This document shows positions 56,947-64,000 of a DNA stretch of 64,000 nucleotides, one piece after another; position 1 is the stretch's first letter, and each line of letters opens with the position of its first letter. The notes beneath the pieces were generated by a model. The model searched no databases, was not told the origin of the DNA, and saw nothing but the letters and a program-made list of their open reading frames with translations. Made by a program: the position numbers and the translations under genes. Origin of the DNA: Giardia intestinalis (taxonomy: Eukaryota); assembly GCA_000002435.2 (NCBI GenBank), contig CM018790.1; one strand, 5' to 3'.

Positions 56947-59030
56947 ATGGGCGTTTGGGGAGCGTGCTCAGAAGGGGCCTTCAGTGTTATCTACTCTCTC
57001 AGGGGATGCCCCCACCTCATTGTGAAGGAGATCCGGCTCGACGGTCTGGGTCAGCACGGTGTGGATGCTAAAGCGTGGGCTGACCGCTCTTTTTATCCTC
57101 TTTCACCCGGGGGTCCTCAAGTACCATCAAGTGATTGAAGACGAGGGCCTTATCTATGTCGTCACGGACCGGCACAGCAGGACTCTTGACAACTTCCTCA
57201 CCGAGCACAAGCGAAGGAAGATCCCCGTGTCTGCCGGCGTGATCCTCTCCGTCATGAAGCAGGTCGCCGCCGCCCTCGCCTACCTTCACAGCGTCAGTGG
57301 GGCAAACACTAAAGGCCTCGTCCACTGTGACCTCAGGCCTGCCAGCATTCTTATCAGCGCAGACGGAGAGCGCTTCATCATCGCCGACTTCGGCCTCTGC
57401 AAGGACGCCCTGTGGAGTGAGAGCACTCTCATAGGAATAATGGCGTACATGGCCCCCGAGGCGCTCCTCCGTAATGAGGCCAGCCCCGCCTCCGACGTAT
57501 GGAGCCTCGGGGTCATCATTTATGAACTAGTAACTCTGAGGAGACCGGACTTCTTGGGGGGCAAGGAGCCGGCAGAGGTCTTCGTCGACGGGTGGAGGCC
57601 GGACCTGAGCGGTGTCGCTGATGGCTTCATAAAGAGTGTTCTGGAGAGGATATTCGTGCTGGAGCCAGAGAGGAGGCCGACGGCCAGGGAGCTGCACGAG
57701 ACGTTCGCTACATTCGACATCCCAGTTGGTGAGCTGAGGGCTCAATACGCGGTGCTGAAGTACGAATGCGGCTCCTTGGAGGCTGCGCTGAATGGCGCTA
57801 ACGCCAGGATCGCGCTGCTGGAAGAGGATGTTAAGACTAAATCCACTAAGATCGACGCACTCGAAGACCAAGGTAAGGAACATCTAGCCATGATTAAGGC
57901 ACTGGAGAGTAGGCTTGCACAGTTCAGTGACAGGATGAACACGGCTGACCCTCAGTCCAGCCTCCTTTTGCTGCCCAGGCTGATGCGTGCCGCGCATACG
58001 AACGGCATGGAGACCGTCCGGATGCTGCTTGAAGAAAGACTCGGTGTTGGTCAGCGCGACGCACAGGGGCACGTTGATCCCGTCGAGTTGTTTGTTGGGG
58101 AGGAGAGGGGCCTCCAGGACAAGAACGGCTGGACTACCTGATGATCGCCACAGAGGAGGGCTATGCAAGAACTGCCTCCCTTCTGGTCCCATATGAGAAG
58201 GACTGGATCGACAGCGAAGGCAAGACGGCCTTGGTGATTGCGGCAGAGGCAGGACATGAAACTGTGGTGGAGGCCATCGACCCAACCGATGAGAACGGCG
58301 TCACGGCGCTCATGCGGGCTGTTAATAGAAATGATGTGGGGGCTGTAAAAGCACTCTTACCCATCCAGAGGGGGAGGAAAACATACAAAGAGGTCACAAT
58401 AAGCGGATGGTACATGGGCAAAGGAACAGCTCTGATGGTGGCTGCGGCAAGTGGACACGCAGAACTAGTAGAACTGCTAGCAGAGCACGAAAAGGGGAGA
58501 AAGTAGGCGGTTGGGCCGCTCCCGTATTCGCGGCACTGTGCAATCGTTCCAATGACCCCCTGGTGGACTATATTGGGCACGTTGAGCTTTTGATGGAGTA
58601 TGAGAGCAGTATCTCAGGGTGGACGGAGCTCATGTATGCAGCAGCACGAGGGCACGAAGGAATCGTAGAGCTGCTCAAGCAGGAGACTGGCATAAGGAAC
58701 AACGAGCATCAGACTGCCCTCATGTGGGCAGCACGCAATGATCATCCAGAGTGCGTCAGGCTCCTACTGAAGGACGAAGGCGGCATGCAAACGACCAAGG
58801 GCTGGACCGCTCTTATAAACGCAGCATATAGCAACGCCGTGGAATGTGCAAGACTTCTTAAGGAAAACGAGAAGGAGCTGAAGACAATTTCTAGCTGCCA
58901 TGATCACTCGCCCGGTACCACTGTCCTCAGTATCGCTAAGAAGAAGGATCGCAAAGAGATAGTAGGCATCCTCCCAAACGAGATCTGCTCTTCTTTATCG
59001 AGGTCGGCTTGCCAGCTCCTGTCCGAGTAA
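56947..59030 (+). pseudogene. NEK kinase / coiled-coil / ankyrin-repeat (protein 21.1) gene broken into four reading frames. It is either a pseudogene or carries sequence errors
   Basis: Segments: 56947..57138 (MGVWGACSEGAFSVIYSL...IVKEIRLDGL, kinase N-lobe); 57059..58141 in another frame (HCDLRPASILI, ADFGLCKD, YMAPE, coiled coil, first ankyrin); 58141..58506 in a third frame; 58407..59030 in a fourth. At 58135-58145, ...NGWTT*MIATEEGY would read GWTT-L-MIA if one base were restored. Confidence 0.5.
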
Positions 59031-62023
59031 ACCCGTCCAGGATCCGAAGCTTAGATGCCGCCCACTCTGGAGAAGAGCCTTGTGCATCCCGCCTGGAAGC
59101 CGTTGGGTGCTCCACTATGCATTCCGGAGCGTCTCTCCTCTCTGACTGGCTTGGGTCAACCATCGTCTGACATCTAGTGAGCACCCGCTGTCTCGGGCCT
59201 TGCGTCAGTCGTGGCGATCCAGTCTCGAGAGCAGTTAACTCTGGCCATGTACTCTGGAGTAGCTTTGTGGCCCTGGTGCTCTACGACGAGGATCGCACGC
59301 CACGACCCCGGGTGTCGACTCCCGTTCCTCGGGGTGCCTCTTCATCTTCTCGTGGAGGGCACCATCTGTTCCATTATCAAGGATGCGCTCCCCGTGTGCC
59401 TCTATCCTGGAGTCATAGTACGCATTCGTGGATGCCGATGGAGTACTCTTATACGTTGTGTCGGGGGAGAGGCCCACCCCTCTGCTCATGGATCGCAGTG
59501 CGCTCTTGCAGGTGGTCCGTCACCCAGCACGAGACCGTGTCGACGCTCACCCTGTGCAGTGCGTCTGGCTCAGTGACCTGTGGGCTGGTCCATCTGCACT
59601 GCACAACACACTTGGGGGGAATGATTCGGTCTGTCGAGGCGTCGTCCAAAGCATCACGAGCGATCAAGACCGGTTCGCCGTTAGGCCGTCTTTCTCTACA
59701 CCGGCACCCGTCTACTCGAGGGTGTCAGGTACTGCCAGCTGCTGTAGTAGACACCCAGCAGGTGGCCCAGACCACTACTCCTCGGTGCGGACAGGATCAG
59801 TCCGCCTCTGCCAACCAGACACCCCAGGAGCCCCATCTCTTGTCGAGGGACTCACATAGGCCACGTGTGGGTCCATCTCGACCAGCGGGGCGAGTGATTA
59901 GTGCCATCACTGGCTTCAGGTTCTCTGCTGCCTTGAGGGGTCCTTCGAGACCAGCCAGGAAGAAGGCCTCCTGCTCCTCTGTGCTCCTACACCCAGTGCT
60001 GACCGTCGAGCCATGCTGCTTCCCAGGCCTGTCGCCTCTGTGACTATCCTCGCCGCGTCACTGTTGTCGGCATGGGCACTGAGTGGGGTATCTCCTCAGC
60101 TCCCGATGAGCAGGTTCTGTCCCGCGCAGTGTGAAGGCATACTCAGGGCCCCGAGGGACCGAATCCAGGGGTGCAGCGTGTCGCAGCTGAAGGAAGGCCT
60201 CGACGCAGCTCCTCGGGACTACCTTGTGGAGCGAATCATGATCGTCCATTGATTGTGGTCGCCCTGTCTCATTCTTGAGGAAGGACCAGGCGGAACCGTA
60301 CAGAGCACGCATCCCATCCTATGGATCGCGCTGAGGATCTCGTTGAAGGCCTGCACCCGGATGGACTCGCCAGCGCAGACCCGGGGACTTCGAGCCCCGT
60401 GGACTGGCCGTCCGTGCTCTCCGATGGCTGAGGGGCTCGTGTCCCTCAGGGGCCAGGCCGTCCTGATCCGGCCCCTCTGGATAGCAAGGTTCTGGTCGTC
60501 GGTGGCGCTGTCAGGGTGCAGCTCCCCCTCGAGGCGAGGCAGAGGCTGCAGGCCGGGCAGTGGGGTGGTGACTGTTGCTCCTCTGCTTCCCCGCTGTGTG
60601 GGGAGGCACGTCTCCTCGGCTCTCGACTGGAGCTCTGCGGGGTGTTAGGTACCCTCCCCTGAGCACGTTCGCACGACGGGCGCTGAGGGGGATTTCCTTC
60701 TCTATCCCCGCTGCCCCACTCAGCAGCGCCCTGCATCCGGTGTCTGTGCTGCATGCGTCTGGACGGCCTCACCGCGGAGGGTTTTCGCGCAGGACAGGCA
60801 CGTGCTCTTCCGTTCCTACTAGTTCAACGTTCGCCTGGTGCCACTACAGCGTAGGGCGCCCCTCTCCATCAGGTTCCTAAGATCCTCGTTCTCGCTGTGA
60901 TACCTGATCTCTCCCCCGTGAGGGGTGGGGTCCACGGTGCACTGGTGTGTGTCCGGGACGATGCCCCCTCATGGAGCTCTGCAGGTTCCAGGACCCTCTG
61001 GGGACAGCCAGCAACTGGGACCCCTGCTGTGAGCTAGGTTGAACTAGCTCCACCGGGCCACGAGCAGCTTCATGGCACTCTGGTGTTGCTGGTCTCTCAA
61101 CCGCACATGCTTGGCCTGTCCTAGCAGATAGTGGGGTCGTGCCTGAGTACTTTCGAGGAGTCTGGGAAGCGCTCCGGTCCGATGCTTTCTATCCAGAGCA
61201 TCGCGACGGGCAACGGTGAGGGCCCGCGTGGGACACCGCACTTGGGCACCAAGGCTCGGTGTGCGTGAGCTGGCACCGTCTGTCGGTCGAAAAGCTGCAG
61301 AAGGAGCAGCAAGAGGAGCCCAAAGCGGGAGAGGGTTCTCCAGACGTGCTGCTCGAGACCCTTTAGAAGTCGAAAGAGACATGGCAGGAGACGCAGAAGT
61401 GGTCGAGTGGCTCTTCGTGCTGTGGATCGCGTAGGAGGTCCCCGAGGGCGCAGTCTCTTAGTGAACCTGGCGTTCTTGAGCCAGTTCATGTAGTCAGCGA
61501 GTGACCCCTTCAGGGCTAGGTGGTCTCCTAGAGAAACGGTCATTGAGGGCCTGCCACCATGCGCCGCTCTCCATGATAGGGAGATTCAGCGGAGAGAGGT
61601 GTGGGGCCCCTTACTCATTCTATCGGATGCTTTCCAGACTCCATTCTTCGAGCCCCTGAGAACCTTCCTCGGCAGCTCGCTCGTGGGAGCGGTTGCCGGT
61701 CTGCTGCTTGCTGAGGGCTGGGCGTCGGGGCTATCAGCTTTCCGTTTGGGCTTCTTCTCCCGCCGGAACTGGATGGCACTAGATTCCTGGACCCTAGGTT
61801 CGAATGTCGAACAGATGAGTGAGAGAAGACCTGCCTGGTGTGGCGACTCGCACGGAATTTGCTCGGACAGATTGTCTAGAGGTTCCCCAATGGAGTTAAA
61901 TATCTCATAGATTGATGATTTTAGAGACAACAAAGGTGGCAAATTTCAGAGATGAGTGGATTACGCCGGGTGGTTTACTCAAGCTGCAGCTACCAAGATT
62001 CTAGTTAAAGCTCCTACCTTAAG
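59031..62023. other. GC-rich, ORF-poor region of about 3 kb between two convergent genes. No recognisable coding or RNA feature
   Basis: The region is visibly more GC-rich than the flanking genes. The longest ORFs are 84-288 aa, overlap in all six frames, are R/S/P/G-rich with low-complexity translations, start with non-ATG codons, or lack AT-rich initiators. Confidence 0.3.
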
Positions 62024-63901
62024 TTACGTGGTAGTTTGCATCCAAATGAGCCTAGCAACCCGAATGGCGTCGCGTGTCGACCTTAGTGGGGCATTGAGTA
62101 ACGAACCTAAATGATTTGCAACCTCGAAGCGCTTGGATTCTAAAAACGAATAGGCCACAGGATCTGCACCAACACCGTATCGAAGCCGGCCAATTGCTGC
62201 TACAATCAATGCGCAGCAGTGGACTATTTTTGTGTTTGCCTCCTTGAGTAGCCTCATGGATTTCTCTAGAAGCACTAGGATGCCCTCTTGATCTAGCTGG
62301 CGGGATGTGACCCGTTGCTCTAGGATTGCTCCGCAAAGAGTGCTAGTAGGCAGATCCTCGAGGAGCTCATTTAAAGAGATAGCTTCAGATATAGTTTGAT
62401 AGGCGTACGTGGTGTTCGTCTCTTGGAGCATCAGTATAGCAGCGTAAAAGGCGGATCTATCTATACACTTTAAAGCTTTCAAGACCGAGGACAGAAAGGA
62501 GTGAAGTAAGCCTATGTCCTGCGAGGCTTGTAGCACAAAGTGCGTTAGTGCGGAGACGATACAAGGCCCATGTGCTCCCAGAGAGGTTATTGTCCCGAGT
62601 AGTCTATTCACGGCATTTATAAATATAGGCATTTCCTCTGGCGAGCACCATTTGAGAGAGTTCATTGCAATAAGCGTACAGTACTGTGCATCGAAGTCAG
62701 TGGTAGCTAACTGTGCACAAATCTTGATGTACTCAGTACGATTGTGGTGAGATAGATATTGTGCAATAAATAAGGCATCTGGAAGTTTATACTTTAAGCC
62801 CTTTTCTATAAGTGCGCAGGCCTCTGGGTGAGAATCAAAGGCGTATAAATGCAGACGTATTGATAAGTGGAGGCAGTACGCTATTACTTGTGCTTGTAAA
62901 TAACTATCTACGGACTTCTCAAGTCTATTGATTCCCTCCGCTAGACTAGCCACTGCTCCCCCAGCTGACGCTCCATCGATGACTTCTCTAACAAGTGTCT
63001 GGAAGTATTCATTATTTAACAGATCCTCAACTAAATCTAAAACTGGCTTATTTTGTGTCAGTATGGATGTGATGAGCAGGCCTTCAAAATCTTTGATGAT
63101 GCTTGCTCTAATATTCTGTCCGTTAAGAGTTGATAAGGCAAAAGGAAGAGGCAAACCCTCATTCAATTGTATCGTCCTTAGAATGTGTAGATCAACACTG
63201 GCCATTATCGAGCAAAGACGATGCCTGACTGTATCTGGTGTTCCAGCCGTATAATTAACTAGACCAAATAATAGAGACGCCTTCAAACCAGCCATGACTT
63301 CCTCTGGCACATGTGATTGGCAAAATGATATTATGTGCTCCCAACTAGGATGGGTAACAGGAAGGTCCAGCCCCACAGAGCTAAGAGCGTAATAGTATCG
63401 CAGTATGCAAAGCAGATCATCAAGGGCCTCCGGTGCTAGAGACGATACAGTATCTATGTACATTTGTATGGTTTCTAGAAGCTGAGAGGATAGGAGAGGA
63501 TCGCTGATTAGGTGACAGTTGCTGAACGATATGGCAAGGACGTGTGTTCTCAGTCCAAATCTGACCCAGTGCTTCTTGGTTGCTTCGCTAAAGAGCATCA
63601 TAAACTTACATGTTTGCAGAGCGTGTCCCTCTGCGAGTACCATGCATTCGTTGAGAATTTCAATAAAGAGAGACCCCTCAATTACATCGCCAGCGGCAAG
63701 GTGTTCTACTAACAAGTTGAAAAATGTCGTTGAAAAGGCTTCCTTCCCCTGGTCAAGCCTACAGTATGTGCATAAGAGCTTGCAGTTGCTAGAAAAGATC
63801 TTCATGTTCTCGGTAGACCCCATAGAGATCTCCCGCTTTATTGTATCTTCCAGGTGCGCAGAAAACGTGCTTGCAACTTCTGTGTCGTAGTGAGAGAGCA
63901 T
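62024..63901 (-). CDS. hypothetical protein (625 aa), helical-repeat-like
   Basis: Clean 1.88-kb ORF with an ATG start and an in-frame stop 17 codons upstream. No recognisable domain. Confidence 0.5.
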   Translation of the reverse strand: MLSHYDTEVASTFSAHLEDTIKREISMGSTENMKIFSSNCKLLCTYCRLDQGKEAFSTTFFNLLVEHLAAGDVIEGSLFIEILNECMVLAEGHALQTCKFMMLFSEATKKHWVRFGLRTHVLAISFSNCHLISDPLLSSQLLETIQMYIDTVSSLAPEALDDLLCILRYYYALSSVGLDLPVTHPSWEHIISFCQSHVPEEVMAGLKASLLFGLVNYTAGTPDTVRHRLCSIMASVDLHILRTIQLNEGLPLPFALSTLNGQNIRASIIKDFEGLLITSILTQNKPVLDLVEDLLNNEYFQTLVREVIDGASAGGAVASLAEGINRLEKSVDSYLQAQVIAYCLHLSIRLHLYAFDSHPEACALIEKGLKYKLPDALFIAQYLSHHNRTEYIKICAQLATTDFDAQYCTLIAMNSLKWCSPEEMPIFINAVNRLLGTITSLGAHGPCIVSALTHFVLQASQDIGLLHSFLSSVLKALKCIDRSAFYAAILMLQETNTTYAYQTISEAISLNELLEDLPTSTLCGAILEQRVTSRQLDQEGILVLLEKSMRLLKEANTKIVHCCALIVAAIGRLRYGVGADPVAYSFLESKRFEVANHLGSLLNAPLRSTRDAIRVARLIWMQTTT

Positions 63902-64000
63902 TAGCAGAAGAGACTCCTTGGCGGGACGGTCTGCCGAAGGAAACTGATCATAAATGAGCTCATTTGTAATTTGATAGAAGAGGTCATCTGCGTATCCAGC

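Noticed and set aside
61121-61543. ATG-initiated 140-aa ORF on the minus strand inside the GC-rich block
   Set aside because: Arg/Leu/Pro-rich low-complexity translation (RLRPRGPPTRSTARRATRPLLRLLP...LLLLLLQL). No AT-rich initiator. Embedded in overlapping ORFs in other frames.
61790-61812. GGTTCGAAT, resembling a tRNA T-loop
   Set aside because: The flanks do not form a T-stem, acceptor stem or anticodon arm on either strand. It is just a short palindrome (GTTCGA-ATG-TCGAAC).
59031-62023. The GC-rich block as a recognisable reverse transcriptase / retrotransposon or a VSP remnant
   Set aside because: I saw no YxDD/FADD motif, no endonuclease motif, no CXXC-rich frame and no ankyrin units in any of the six frames. 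I therefore report it only as an anomalous block and make no family claim.
1-64000. A prokaryotic or operon interpretation of the window
   Set aside because: The gene content is eukaryotic (SMC2, CDC45, CCT, NSA2, eIF3b, Dim1, CFAP20, annexin, ankyrin/NEK families) and there are no Shine-Dalgarno sequences. Giardia-type AT-rich initiators and AGTRAA signals are present. The densely packed intronless genes reflect the Giardia genome, not operons.

Overview
This window looks like nuclear chromosomal DNA of the diplomonad Giardia intestinalis (G. lamblia). Several things in the sequence point that way. There is a variant-specific surface protein (VSP) gene with the family's invariant C-terminus (...GGLVGFLCWWFICRGKA), a GGCY motif and many CXXC pairs. 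There is an alpha-giardin (annexin-like) gene, a 1253-aa pyruvate:ferredoxin oxidoreductase, and members of the NEK-kinase / ankyrin-repeat ('protein 21.1') family. Genes are intronless and densely packed, with gaps of 1 to about 200 bp. Short AT-rich stretches sit directly before each ATG, and AGTRAA-type polyadenylation signals lie at or just after stop codons. The ORF track calls TTG/GTG/CTG 'starts', which a eukaryote does not use, so I moved several N-termini to the first in-frame ATG (CDC45-like, prefoldin, Wee1-like, Dim1, CDC50, VSP, a coiled-coil gene and a hypothetical). About 35 genes are supported. The recognisable ones are an SMC2 C-terminus, alpha-giardin, PFOR, an Mrs2/CorA Mg transporter, PP2C, an ankyrin-RING protein, CFAP20/BUG22, a CDC45-like protein, a Wee1-like kinase, NSA2, a prefoldin subunit, an eIF3b-like protein, thiamine pyrophosphokinase, Dim1, CDC50/LEM3, CCT-gamma, a PSI-domain cysteine-rich membrane protein, and a 1618-aa ankyrin protein with an N-terminal NEK-like pseudokinase domain. 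The rest are lineage-specific hypotheticals. The region from 0 to 53 kb is ordinary core genome. The region from 53.3 to 62 kb looks like variable or accessory sequence. An intact VSP gene sits between two inverted, diverged NEK-kinase/coiled-coil/ankyrin paralogues. The minus-strand copy is clearly a pseudogene with in-frame stops. The plus-strand copy carries at least three frame changes. This is followed by a roughly 3-kb GC-rich stretch with no convincing ORF on either strand. Two more things stand out. A pair of paralogous coiled-coil genes flanks the Dim1 gene and the large ankyrin gene. A decayed ankyrin-repeat gene remnant with an (AAC)7 microsatellite sits at 34.4 to 35.1 kb.
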